A DNA stretch of 41,448 bases from Nemertoderma westbladi. Lineage: Eukaryota; Animalia; Xenacoelomorpha. Position numbers and translations under genes: made by a program. The notes beneath the pieces were generated by a model. That model made no database searches and was not told the origin of the DNA. It worked only from the letters and a program-made list of their open reading frames with translations. The DNA lies in assembly GCA_032718475.1 (NCBI GenBank), contig JAUCBJ010002963.1:1-41448 (forward strand), written 5' to 3'. Each line of letters opens with the position of its first letter. Position 1 is the stretch's first letter. Shown piece after piece: positions 1-12,129 of this stretch.

Positions 1-80
1 ACAGTCCCGCTCTCAAAAAGCATTCCTTTGATCAAACATTGATCAAACTTTGATCAAACATTGATCAAAGTTTGATCAAA
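1..80 (+). repeat. Left TIR containing tandem (T)TTGATCAA(A) palindromes at ~10-11 bp spacing
   Basis: Five TTGATCAA copies between 28 and 79, mirrored at 3036-3115. Confidence 0.9.
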
Positions 81-3000
81 TATTGAAATGAACCAGGCTT
101 ATAAATCCTGCCATTGAGTTCTACCAAAGGCGCTGCACTTCAAAGTCTAGATTCCCACTGAGCCGTGTGTCAATCAAGCAGCCCTCTCCTCTCTCTCTCT
201 CTCGCTCTCCCTGTGTGTGTAATGCTCCATGTGCTCTGTAGGATGTCTGCAGAGCACACAGGACACCACGTCCATATCATACCATAGGTTTGTACGCTAT
301 AGCCGTTATTTAAACCGGACCGCCTAGGTTATAATAATTTACAGCGATTATCAGAAAATAACAGCCGCAATTGAATCTCCACTTGGCGGTGTGGTGGTAA
401 TGAAAGCAAGGGCGGGTAGGGGCTGTGTGGAGTTTAATTCTGAGTTACGCAATGTGTTGGGTGGATGGCTACAATACATTATAATGTGGGGGGGGGGGGG
501 GGGGGGGCAACTAGCGTACCGAGCGAGGGGGAGGCCATGTGAAAGCATACTGAAAAACTCCTTTCCAGTTGAAATGAGAAAAAAATATATATATATATTA
601 AAGATCCACATTCCAAATTTTCTGAAACAAAAGCATTTTTCGAAACAGAAAGCTTCGCATTGTAACCTGGCTGGCCAAGGGCTAGATCCTTGGGGGGGGG
701 GGGGGGGGGGGGGGTAATATGAGAATATCCCTTGGTATTATTATATCAGTTAACATTGTGGCCTTCTGGCTGGCCACAAGTGGGAAATACGTTGCTTTCT
801 TGTAAGGAGAAATAATTGATTCGAGTCACAACAAATTATGTCATAGGGAGTAAAGTAGTCGGTGGTCTCAGTGCTATTTGCTGTATATTATTAGCTTGGG
901 GTGCCGACAGCGACAGACCATTAACAAAGTAAAGGCATATCATGTGTAATGGCTCTTAGCTTATGCCGCCCCAACATGTAAAACCATTTATCTGTTGTGG
1001 AATGGAATTCCCCGAAATTTCGAAATTTACTAAAGGCTTCCCAAGAAATTAGACAGCCAACTAACCCATACGCAGGAGGCCGCGAACCAAAGAGATTGGC
1101 CTCCTGGCACTGAGCTGGCCTGGTCGCAAAGGAACTATGCAGGTAGTAATGTGTAGTAAACTAATTTATTACACTAAATTTTCTTACTAAAATTTCAACA
1201 TGGAGGACTTTTCTGTTTGCCCAAAAACAATTAAACAGACGTTGTATTTGTCTCGATATTAATTCAAATTTCTACCTTATCTCGCAAATAGTGGCTCCAG
1301 TTGGTCGCAAATAAAAAAGTTCTCCAGCGCAAATCGATGAAATCTACTTTGGTTTATTGTTTTGGTTAGAAAACACAACCCCTTTAACCTGCTCCTTTCG
1401 ATGTTTTACATTAATTTTTTGAAACTACTGTAATTGTAGCTGTACCAGTAATGGGCTTGTTCTCATATACACTTGCGGTGACAGCACGGTGAAATCGCAT
1501 ACTGTGAATCACAGCATTTGGGTTGTTGTTACAGAGATGCGAGTAAAGCAGTTACAGTGAACTGTATTGTTCGGTTGGGTGATGACTTAGCCCGCGGGAA
1601 TTCTTAGCCCGCAAAATGGCAATCGTTTACCCGCAAGCTTTCTTAGCCAGTGGGCAGGGCATCCTTAGCCCGAAAATAAATTGTATTAGCCCGCGGGAAT
1701 TGATACTGGACGATTAAATTGACAGACTGGCTTTCTAGTGAATAATTTCTAATGAAAATAATTTAATAATATTCTAGAGGCTGTATTGCAGAACGTAGCC
1801 CGGAGTTGTTAGTGGGGCCTATTACAAGACTCAGTCTGGTACTGGTACACTACCACAACACTGTGTTGTCAATCTAATAATGATTATAATAATTCACAGG
1901 TCACAGCCACAATTGAATCTCCACTTGGCGATGTGGCGTAATGAAAGCAATGGTATGGTATGGGCTGTGCTGTGTGGAGTTTATTTCTGAGTTACGCAAT
2001 GGGTTGGGTGGATGGCTACAAAACACATTATAATGAGGGGGGGGGGGGGGGGGGGGGGGTGCAGGTCCGCAGCTTGTACAATGATATAGTAATAGTCCAC
2101 AACAAGAGAGGGTATGGGATCACTGGGATTATATTGATGCCTTGTCTTACAACTTGTGAGCAAAAGTGTGGTTTGTCGGCCGGATGGTTAAAACCCTCCA
2201 TTAATTAAAAATGAATGAGCATAATTTAATAAGTATTACTAACCCAATTTGATTTTTAATAATTAAAAAATTATAATTACAATACGTTAAACTGAATTAA
2301 AAAATACGTAACTAATGATGTACTTAACATAGTTTACTTTAAAACAAATTCGGTTTTCAATAAAATTACCTTATCAGAGTATTAAAATTAAATTACGTAA
2401 ATTTTTAGAAGGTATTTTAGGGGGTGCGCTGGCGCTGGCGCTTGGATTTATTTATTTCTTTATTTACATTTATTAGTATAATTAGAGACAGGGGCAGGAA
2501 GGAAGCTTGTCGAATTTACACAATTACTGTATAAGCAAATGCAATGCAACGGCAGCCATCGCGCTGCTACGTCAATGGAGGTCTTTGGCCTTGATTCTGA
2601 TTTAAGGAACATTGAAACTAATTTCTAATATAACAATAATATAAAAATATTCCAAAGACTGTTTTTCTGAACTAGTTGTTGGTGTAATAATAGGCCCTGC
2701 CCTACAAGAACAAAACTCAGTCTGGGACACTACCACAACACCGCCTTGTAAATCCAATCGCTGTCCATCCACAAAGTCAAGCAAGCTCCATCCACCGCCC
2801 TGTCAATCACATCGCGGCTTGGCCATTAACAAAAGCCAGTTCTCGGCGGGAATCTGAGTTCAAAGGCTTGCCGCAGAAGAGCGATGTAAACTGTTACCTT
2901 GAAATCATATCAATGTCATTTCAATATGAGACAGAAAGTCTGGAATTTCGGTCCATCGATTTCAAGGTCATTTCAATATGCCATCAATGTCATTTCAATG

Positions 3001-3114
3001 TCAATTCTACTTTCAATGCTACTCTATGGACACATTTTGATCAAACATTGATCAATGTTTGATCAAAGTTTGATCAATGTTTGATCAAAGGAATGCTTTT
3101 TGAGAGCGGGACTG
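2..3114. mobile_element. Non-autonomous TIR DNA transposon (~3.1 kb, CAGT...ACTG termini, probable TA TSD; Tc1/mariner-like ends, no transposase)
   Basis: Bases 1-68 are the exact reverse complement of 3048-3115, extending to ~80 bp with one mismatch (3036-3115). The right end reads ACTG|TA. The left TSD is cut by the window edge (only the A is visible). No credible internal ORF. Confidence 0.85.
329..2059 (+). repeat. Dispersed direct duplication of ~180 bp inside the TIR element (329..507 and 1884..2059), each copy ending in a G run
   Basis: Both loci share ACAGCC(G/A)CAATTGAATCTCCACTTGGCG...TTCTGAGTTACGCAATG...GGATGGCTACAA...CATTATAATG followed by poly-G. Confidence 0.85.
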
Positions 3115-3115
3115 T
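3036..3115 (-). repeat. Right TIR, preceded by subterminal TCATTTCAAT repeats (~2916-3000)
   Basis: Reverse complement of 1-80. The TCATTTCAAT motif recurs at ~2916, ~2968 and ~2989, and its complement (ATTGAAATGA) sits at 82-91. Confidence 0.9.
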
Positions 3116-3496
3116 ACTGTATTTAATATGTTAACCCCTTGACAAGGGAAGGGGGAGACTAAATTGTCTACCATGATTGGTTGCACTTGTTATTTGACCA
3201 AACAATTTGATTATATGCAGTATTAATCAGCTTTCGCTTAACCTCTTCACCGGTAGACTGGTCGCTTTATTTACTACTGTTCAATATTTAAATAATCCAA
3301 TGGAAACAAAGATACTTGAATCATGAGACGTGAATTTTAAGTTTACTTTTTATTCATCCTCTGTGTTTGTATGTGAAAGAGCCGAATATTATTTATTACC
3401 AGTGCTGTATGTAGAGATATGAGTTTCCGATTCTGTTATTACATTTATCTGATAATCAGATACCTGGCATATACCGATACTTGCCTAACAACTCAA

Positions 3497-3758
3497 CCCT
3501 ACCGGACCTGAAATGAAAAATCATTGTTATCAGGACTGCTACGCGTAGCACCTACGCGTAGCTACGCGTAGCACCTACGCGTAGTTTCAAAATACCTACG
3601 CGTAGTTCCAAAATAACTACGCGTAGTTTTAAAACACCTACGCGTAGTTGTTAAAAAGGCAGTAAGTCTGGCCCTACCGGTAAATGACAGGAATGGAAGT
3701 TACAAACTACGCGTAGCTACGCGTAGCTACGCGTAGCTACGCGTAGGCCTACGCGTAG
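3497..3758. repeat. Array of 12 CTACGCGTAG palindromes in two blocks, each preceded by CCCTACCGG (3497, 3672); probable terminal/subterminal region of a non-autonomous DNA transposon
   Basis: Copies start at 3539, 3552, 3562, 3575, 3596, 3617, 3638, 3707, 3717, 3727, 3737 and 3749. Spacers are 0-11 bp within blocks. Confidence 0.8.
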
Positions 3759-3781
3759 GTCGAAAAGATTTACCCTTTTTA

Positions 3782-5607
3782 TTGAAAGAATTAGATCGAT
3801 TATATGAAAGAGATCAAGACACCCGAGGTTATGAATCATGGAAGAAACTTATTTCATTTTCTAGGGCTGATCGGGCTGTTTTGGTTTATTGTTCTGAGTA
3901 CCGACGCTTAAGGAGAGAGGCAGTAGGCTATGGAATTGAATTAGGTGATACTACATTCGATATATGTTACTAGATAACTGCGGTGTACAAAATGAACAAA
4001 AATTGTTGCTACTATCTGTAGCTTTAAGTCAAGTTAGAGAAGGGGAAGTTTTACTCCCATCCAATGTTGAAACAGCTTTGCGTAGAATGGATGTAGATAA
4101 AAATTCAGTAACAAGTGCCCAAAGTGTTTTATTAGCTGCAGAAGCAACTGACTCTGCTTCAAATATCTCTCAGCAATGTACCACTAATAATAGTGATGGG
4201 TTTTACAGTTGTCCGGAGGAAATTAATGATGAGTTTGATACACTTGAACTACAAGAGCATGAAAAAGATGAGCTATTAAAGCATGCATTTGCAAATTGGG
4301 ATATACGAGCTCAAAAACATCCGCCATTTTATAGTGATAGAAATTTCCAAACTAAGAATTATTCGGCTAGTTTTAGACAAGGTGTTAACAGAACCCCAAA
4401 ATTGAATTCAAGAGATATCCAAACAGGTGATATCATTAGATGTTATTCATATGGCTCTCGATTTCACCTTTATAAATCCTTTCAATGTCCTAAAAGCAAA
4501 TTTTTGATGAACAGATCAGCTCGTAGATGATATCTTGCTGCAAGGGAACCAGATAGGTTTGGACAAGGTGATAGAATGAATATTTTGAATGATAACATCC
4601 CTAAAGAAGAGAACCTGTTTGCTGAAATTCGGGATTCATTTATTACTGGAGTATGTGCTGAAACAAAAACAAATGGAGTACCAATATATGAGACCAAACA
4701 TTGTTTTGGAATTATTGATTCTGCATGTACCAGTACAGTTTGTGGTACACAATTTTATGATAATTTTCGTAAAATTTTGAAAGAAAAAACAGGAAAGGAA
4801 CCTATTCATATTGGTAGCAAGGGGCATTTCTACCGCTTCGGTAATGATGGGGTGAAAGTTAGCTTATTTACAGTTAAACTACCAATTTCCTTATTTGGAA
4901 AAATGTACTACCTGGAAACAGACATAGTTAGAGGTAATACACCTTTATTGTTGAGCAGAAAAACATTACAAAAACTAGGGTTAGTTTTAGACTTTGGGAA
5001 TGGAATCGGTGTTATAGACCAAATGTCATTCAAGTTATCACAGTCTGAAAAAGGTCACTATATATTGTCATTATTGGAGTCATGGCCTGTCAGTGATGAC
5101 TTTACTAATAATGAAGGCAATACTAAGAATATTTCTATTGCAGCATCTGAGAAAAAAGTTGATAATCAGGCATTCAATTGTGCAATCAATGATTCTTACA
5201 TCACCACAAAGAAGATTGCTGAGAGATTGCACAATAATCTTGGGCATCCAAGTGAGGTTAGGCTAGTTTCTACTGTTACCAATGCAGCTAAAAATGGGAC
5301 ATCCCTAAGTGGGATTGATATTCCTTTGTTAATAAATGCTATACGAGATTTTTCAAAAATTTGTAAAATTTGCCAGGCTGAATCTCGACATATACCCAGA
5401 CCAAAAGTTGCTCTTCCTAAAGCTGATCGATTTAATCAAACAGTTGCGATGGATTTAACTAAATGGATTGATCCTGTAAGTGATAAAGGTTTTATTATTT
5501 TACATATTATTGATATATACTCTCGTTTTTCAGCAGCCTCATTTGTAAAAAGTAAAGATCCAAAGGAGATCATTGAGAACTTTGTAAATACATGGATGTC
5601 AATATGA
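3782..5607 (+). pseudogene. gag-pol: Copia gag-protease-integrase (N-terminal part), disrupted
   Basis: Gag-like ELDRLYERD..YESWKKLISFSR; frameshift near 3960; degenerate Zn knuckle CYSYGSRFHLYKSFQC; in-frame TGA at 4528-4530; protease GIIDSACTSTVCG...TPLLLSR; integrase HHCC (LHNNLGHP...CKIC) and first acidic motif (VAMDL...HIIDIYSRFS). It breaks off at WMSI, so the rest of the DDE core is missing. Confidence 0.85.
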
Positions 5608-5686
5608 AAATGAAACAGAAAATGAACGCCCAAAACGACAATGTAAACAACCTGTACGTTATGGTATTGATGAAGTTTTCACTACA

Positions 5687-7183
5687 GTGGATCAAAAGTA
5701 TGATTCGGCTAAACTTGATGAGATTCAAGCCTGGGTTTCAAATGGTGTGATGGAAGAGGTTGTGGAAAGTGAAGTATCCTGTCCTCCTATAACATGTAAA
5801 TGGGTTCTTACTGAAAAGGTTTTACAAACAGGTGGAACTCGATTGAAGGCCCGTCTAGTTGCACGAGGGTTTCAGGAGGAAGATAATGAAGCACAAACTT
5901 ATTCCCCTACAGCTAGTAGGGACACATTAAAAGTTGTTTTGGCACTTCTCCCAACTTTACGATTTCATCCTTATTCACTGGATGTTAAAACTGCCTTTCT
6001 GCAAGGTAAAGAGTTTGAAAGAAATGTTTTCATAAAACCTCCCAAAGAAGCAGAACTCCCAGAACACATTTATTGGAAATTATTAAAGCCAGCGTATGGC
6101 TTGGGCGATGCTCCACGAAATTGGTTTAAAACGATAGAAGAGGTATTGAAAAACCTTGGAATGGGCCAAAGTTCTCTTGATCCATCTTTATTCATATATA
6201 AAGTTAATAATATGGTCGAAGGTCTTATTATTATTCATGTGGACGATCTTCTATATGGAGGTACATCAAATTTTCATGAAACAATTATTAAGGGAATAAA
6301 GAAAGTTTTTGTCATAGGTCAAGAATTCAAGGACAATTTTAAATACACCGGATTAATATTAAGGACGGTATGTTATACTTCAGATAAGGATTTGTTTACT
6401 ATCACTGTATCTCAGGCAGATGACTATCTTACCAAGTTGAATGAAATGGAGATAAGGGGAGAAGATCTGGATTCGCCAATGTCATCATTTGAACTAACAA
6501 AATTTCGATCAGTTCTAGGTACATTACAATGGTTAGGCACACAAACGCGACCAGATATATCGTTTGGAACTTCTTCTTTGATTGGATGTGTGAAGGATCC
6601 AAAGAAACGACATATACAATTGTTGAATAAATTAATTCGAAAAGCAAAGGCATTTCACCCAACTAATCTGGTTCTCAAACCTTTCAAGCTAACAGAACAT
6701 TACTCATTTGTAATATATTCCGACTGCAGTTTTGGAACCCTAAATGATGGTGGGAGTCAGGGAGGTTATATAATTGGTATTAACAATAACAGTTCATCCA
6801 CAAGTAATGTTGTTTGCTGGACTTCAAAGCGTATACAATGTGTAGTTCGTTCTACTTTCGCAGGAGAAACCTTAGCTGCTCTGGAAAGTTGTGATATGGC
6901 AGTATATTTAAAAGCCTTGCTGAATGAGATTAATGTCAACATCTCTTCTATTAAGTTGTTAACTGACTCGAAAAGTTTGTACAATCATATATATTATACC
7001 AAGAATGAACCAGCTGAAAAGAAGATTAAAATTGATCTGGCAATATTGCGTGAAGAAACTGCCCTGCATGGACTTGGTATTCAACATGTTTCAAGTAGAG
7101 AACAGTTAGCTGATGTTCTAACCAAGGAGATGTCCGGCCATGCCATATTGAAGTTTTTGAAACATGAAAACAAGCAAGCATAA
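5687..7183 (+). CDS. pol: Copia reverse transcriptase-RNase H (open frame, 498 aa; normally part of the polyprotein)
   Basis: Motifs KWVLTEK, LKARLVARGFQE, DVKTAFLQG, YGLGDAPRNWF, IHVDDLL, TRPDISF, YSDCSF, STFAGETLA, TDSKSL, QLADVLTK. The linker RPKRQCKQPVRYG lies in frame just upstream. Confidence 0.92.
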   Translation: MDQKYDSAKLDEIQAWVSNGVMEEVVESEVSCPPITCKWVLTEKVLQTGGTRLKARLVARGFQEEDNEAQTYSPTASRDTLKVVLALLPTLRFHPYSLDVKTAFLQGKEFERNVFIKPPKEAELPEHIYWKLLKPAYGLGDAPRNWFKTIEEVLKNLGMGQSSLDPSLFIYKVNNMVEGLIIIHVDDLLYGGTSNFHETIIKGIKKVFVIGQEFKDNFKYTGLILRTVCYTSDKDLFTITVSQADDYLTKLNEMEIRGEDLDSPMSSFELTKFRSVLGTLQWLGTQTRPDISFGTSSLIGCVKDPKKRHIQLLNKLIRKAKAFHPTNLVLKPFKLTEHYSFVIYSDCSFGTLNDGGSQGGYIIGINNNSSSTSNVVCWTSKRIQCVVRSTFAGETLAALESCDMAVYLKALLNEINVNISSIKLLTDSKSLYNHIYYTKNEPAEKKIKIDLAILREETALHGLGIQHVSSREQLADVLTKEMSGHAILKFLKHENKQA

Positions 7184-7394
7184 ATAAACTGAAATATACG
7201 AATAATAATTCATAAATATTGGATATATGTATTAGAATATTATAGAACTTTTATAGTATATTGATATTCCCTTTGATGGGCTTTGATGGTTATTTTGTAA
7301 ACTCTATTGGTGATTTGTTTGTTTGGTTTTTAGTCTCTGAGAATTACTTATACTGTTACACCAATAATGAAAAGAACTAGAAAAATAAGACTAG

Positions 7395-7674
7395 TGTTAG
7401 AGTTTAGATTATACAGTATAAATAGGTGAAAGCAGGCCTGGTGACCGGTGGAGGGTTGTTGTCTTAAAAGCTGTATTAAAGTGTTAGTGATTACTGGATT
7501 AGGTATACATCAGTACAGGCTGTAGTGGTTAGGCCTATGTCTGTATGTGTTGATATTATATTTGTATAGTTCTATGAATTAAGATAATGTGTTGAAAATA
7601 TAATTAATAATTGTAAAGATATAATATTGTGTTTAACTTATAATAATAATAATACGAAAGAATCAAGATTAACA
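7395..7674 (+). repeat. Probable 3' LTR of the Copia element (280 bp, TGTTA...TAACA)
   Basis: Terminal inverted TGTTA/TAACA, directly preceded by purine-rich GAAAAGAACTAGAAAAATAAGACTAG. TATAAATA at ~7417. There is no second copy to confirm the boundaries. Confidence 0.6.
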
Positions 7675-10600
7675 CCCCCCACCCCCTATTTTTTTTTAAA
7701 TGGCTGGCAATTAGTGTTAAATGATAATATTGCTAATTTGTCATGGCCAACCACTGTATGTAAGGCCAAATAGCTTCTATAGGAAAAAAAAAAAAAATTT
7801 TAGCCTCCCCTAGCGGCTGGCGGCGGAATTAAATATTTCACTAAAAATGCTACTAGTCCCTCACTCTTGGTCCAAAATACTTGAAACCAACTTTTTGGTT
7901 TCTTCAATCAACTTTTCTTCAGCGTCATCGATTCTACAAAAGTTATCTTATATAATTTTTAATTAACCATTTTTATATTAGGCTAATTAATTAATTATCA
8001 TATTTTTAATTAAATTGGCTAATTACACAAAATGGTACTATTTATCAAATTCCATAAGATAACATTTAAAGAGCTGCCAAAGCTCGTTCGAATGATTCTA
8101 AAAGGAAGAAAATTGGTTGAAAAATGACAGAGGAGTAGTAGTCATTTGAAAATGAAAAATGCCTTCCCGACAAAATGCCCTACCCTTTTTAAACCTTCCC
8201 GCCAAAATTGGCTGTCTGTGTTCTGGTTGGTTAATTATTTATGGCACGAAGAATACACACCTCCACCGCACCGAGCTAAAAAATTCATTACGGGGGTTTT
8301 AAGATAAAATGTATAATTATCAATTATTTATTTCTAAATAAAAGGGGATTTATATAACGAATATATCGTTAACCTAAATAATTTTCAATAATAAATTGTG
8401 AATGAAAATTAGCTTACATCTTTGTATCGTGAGTCATTCCAAGCAGTCCGAATCATTAAATCAACAATGTAATCACCAGCCCTAACTCCATCCCATTCAA
8501 TTGAAATGATGTGAACTTGTACCCCAACAACCACTGCAAAATAATAAAAGTTATAACGAACCTGCCTATTAATAGGTCAGGGTAGTTCTTGTCAAGAGTT
8601 GAGCCGTTCAAAAACACGATGTGGTTATGTGTGTGTGTGTGTGTATAACCATCCAATATCTCAAAAACTCAAGCAGGTACGCAAACATTTTAATAACAAA
8701 CTCGACATAAATTTTGGTTGCGCACAAGACTGTATATTTTTTGTGGTCTTTCGATCACGGGTCACTAAAAAATAGCGGTTTTGAAAATTTAAAGTCGAAT
8801 TTCACCGATTTCAACTATTTGGGCTATTCAGTCATTTGAGCAACATATTTGAGCCTCAGAATCTTTTCAAATATCGCCAATCTCGCACAGAACGTCGCCA
8901 AAAATTGTTAGTCCTGCAAAAAAACGCACAAATTCGTCTAAAAGAGTAAATTATTGGTTGCAGAATAATATGATTCAACTAGAAAAGCCAGCCAGCTGGC
9001 TGTAAGGAGACCGCCCATATAGACATACGTAGTGTTAGTTGGGTCCATCCTCATTCATTATCATCTACCTATAAAGCAATTGAACGGCCCAGTGCTTACA
9101 ATTCAATCAGCTGGCCTAAAGTAGCAGTGAGTAACCTTATAGATATTGTCCTAGGATTCATTGGGAAGAGATATTCAGCTGTCGGGGTAATACATTATAC
9201 AAACTTACAGTTGATGTTTGATTACTGTCTGGGATAGAGTGAGAGAGTAATAAATTTAGCAAGTAATATACAGTACTTCTGTGCAGTTTGGGCCTATCCA
9301 TTCAATAAATAGTAGTAGCTTACTAGGCCCTCATGAGTACCAGCAGCTTGTTTTTCTATCGTTGAGTTGATGGTAATTTTCGTGTTTTCATTTTCGCTCA
9401 CTCAGGGTACTGGTTTGAGGGGCAGGTTCGTCTTTTAGGCCAGCTTGCTGGCTTTGGAGTTATTAATGTGTTGTACAGGTGAATCTCATCGATACTGGGA
9501 CCATGGCGAGAGAATGGATTGCATCATCATCTATATTGTCATTTGCCATCGTTTCAATCAAAGTTGACCTACAGACTCCAAAATAGCCTAAAGTAGTTAT
9601 ACAAATATGGTCTAATTTATGAGCGAAGCTACTCAAAAAGGGCCTATGTGGAACAAACTATTCCTGATAGGAAGACGTCCAGCCAGTCCCACAGATTCAG
9701 TTTCTTGGTATCACATCGATTAGGAGCTTGGTCTCTGTCATCATTCTCAATAATCAATCATGTTGGTTGCGTACACACATTATCTTTGAATGTTGAAATT
9801 ATGGCAGGATATATTAGCTTATCAGCATTTAAATAGATTAATCTCGAACTTGTACTTATTGGCAACCAGCCTTAAAAAGTGATTAAGAACCTGATTTACA
9901 ATGCCCATTGGCTGGCTGTATTTCTTGGCAAAACCCAAAGACAACCGGATCATTATCAAATTATAAGAAGGAAAGTATGTTCTCTCATAGTAAATCTAAA
10001 TGAAGTGTGAGATCAAGATCTTGCACAGATGCTCACTCAAGCACTCAGGTTTCAAGGTCTCCCATAATTATTTTTGAAAGCTATCAATACTGCTCCAGTT
10101 TGATGAATGTTACAATATCGCCCACTAGCTATGAATATATACATAATTAAATTATACATAAAATAAATATATAATATTATTTTATTATTTTATTATTACC
10201 AGTATTTTTTTACTTGAATATAATAATTATCAGGCCATAGGTCAGTAGGCTAACTAAGAATTATAAACTAACTAAATTGAATCAAACTTACATTAAACTA
10301 TATTGAATTACTTAAATGGTTAAGAGGTTAAATGGTTAATGAGCAGAAAGGTTCGTCAAACTCCAAGATGAAGCTATAGCTCTCATCTGATCCTGTAAAA
10401 CCAAGTAAGTATATCCAATGAAAGGGAAAAGGCATTAACTGATTGTCTAATAATGTCCATGATTTCATCATATCTGTTATCAGTAGACAAGGTGGTGGAA
10501 GATCAGCTCATCAGCTCAGGTGAGGACCTTCGAATACGTAAGGGAAAGGGCCCCGAGATCTCCAACAACATTGCCCCAAACTATGCCTGCCGGTAACAAT

Positions 10601-12129
10601 AGCTAAAGGCATTGATCCTGCAATGTCCCTCAAAGCAGTAGCTCCGCCAACCCCATGTTTCCATATCAGAATTGTTCTACTGATCCCAACTACAGCTACC
10701 GAACCTCTACCAGCTCACTGCAAAGAGCATTCCATTCGAAAATGTATTCCAGAGCAATGCTGATCCCAGCAGCAGTGAGTCTGCCACACGCTTCGCCTCA
10801 TTCCATGTATTATGCCTCACTGAAACCTCGAGGGATAATATTTTATGGAGGATGTTTGGCCTACCGGCTCAACAATCAGGTTGAATATCCTGAGCTCCAT
10901 TGACAGAACAAATCATAAACTAGTTCCCACGCCATGCAGTGATTGACATACCCCAGATTTACCTATAAATAATGGACCCATAGAAACATTAATTATGTAC
11001 ATATATCTACAACCAAATATTAGCCCAAATTTTGATGATGCAACTAAACATACTTATTTACCTATTACTAATAATCAAGACTCTGATCCCAGTCCAGACT
11101 GTTCAGTTTACAGTGGAACTGCCACGCGCCGTTCGAGTCCTGAACAGAACTGCCAGATAAATTATAAACAATTACTCCAGGATTTTGGAATTCTCATTGC
11201 CGAGGGACTCCATTCAGTCTAAATAATTAATTGTGCTATATTTATAGCATTATTATATGTTTTCGGTGTAAAATTTATTGGATTTTTTTTCGGCGTAAAT
11301 CTTTATGAATTTTTTTCCGGTGTAAAAATTATTGAATTCCTTCCTATTCTACTTAAACTACATTATTATTGTGTTATGTCATGGCCTACTTAAATATATT
11401 TAAGTAGGCCATGGTTATGTTCTTAATTTATCTTATATATATGAACTATTGTGATTGTAAGAAATATAGTTCTGTATATACTGTATAAACATTTATATGC
11501 ATATTATATCAATATCAATAACTATTATTTAGTATTTCGCCTCACAACAATTCTCACTCACGTTTTCCACTTGTAATTGGAGGGATTTTTCTTTCATAAC
11601 CATTTCCTGTAAGGGATTTCACAAAGTTCTCCCTTTTCGTCTTGAAATTTAAGTGAATTTAAATCATTAAAAATTTCATGTTATAAGTAAAATTAATTTT
11701 TTATATTAAATTTTGACACAGTCATTTCGAAGGTACTACTACTACAACTACTAGGTCGAGCGAACTCGGACAGGGGAAATGAGATCGTTCCAGGCTTCCC
11801 GATTCTCCATAGTTGTCGCAATTTCGTTTCTCCCAAGTTCAGTATCCCTTTCAAGTTGATCTATATATGTTATGGCCGGTCGTCCACGACTACGCTTTCC
11901 ATGAGTTGGTTGCCAGAGAAGTAGATCTGGTATGACCTCGTCTTTACTTCGCCAGCAGTGCCCACTGAATCTTAATCTGCGTTCACGGAGGGTGGTTGAT
12001 ACAGGTGGTATAGTACCATAAAGCTCGGCGTTTGTCATGTGTTGTCTCCAGCTGATGTTTAGGGCTGCCCTTAGTAGTCTTTTGTAGCAACCATCAATTC
12101 GGTGTTCAAGTGATTTCGTCAGTGTCTGA

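Larger units (their letters stand above)
3770..7674 (+). mobile_element. Ty1/Copia LTR retrotransposon, GalEa-like, 5'-truncated and with an internal integrase deletion
   Basis: Domain order gag-PR-IN-RT-RH is diagnostic of Copia. HVDD RT motif and QLADVLTK RNase H end are present. A 3' LTR follows a purine-rich tract. No matching 5' LTR or TGGTAGCAGAGC-type PBS is seen. Confidence 0.88.

Noticed and set aside
351-2208. Poly-Gly/poly-Pro ORFs inside the TIR element
   Set aside because: Produced by G homopolymer runs; no transposase or other motifs.
3129-3490. TGTTA...TAACA segment as the Copia 5' LTR or a solo LTR
   Set aside because: No similarity to the 7395-7674 LTR, no PBS after it and no matching TSD.
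3539-3758. CRISPR-like reading of the palindrome array (also considered for 21461-21617)
   Set aside because: Repeats are only 10 or 17 bp, spacers are mostly 0-11 bp and not unique, there are no cas genes, and the context is eukaryotic.
7675-9130. MITE- or Helitron-like non-coding repeats after the Copia LTR
   Set aside because: The composition is suggestive, but no paired termini or TSD could be demonstrated.
3238-10331. TTAACCTCTT / AAGAGGTTAA as piggyBac ends enclosing the Copia
   Set aside because: Only 10-14 bp of match in AT-rich DNA, with no supporting subterminal symmetry.
9300-11222. Short ORFs and coding-like composition at 9.3-11.2 kb
   Set aside because: No recognisable motif or consistent frame. 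It may be an old TE or pseudogene, but no call can be supported.
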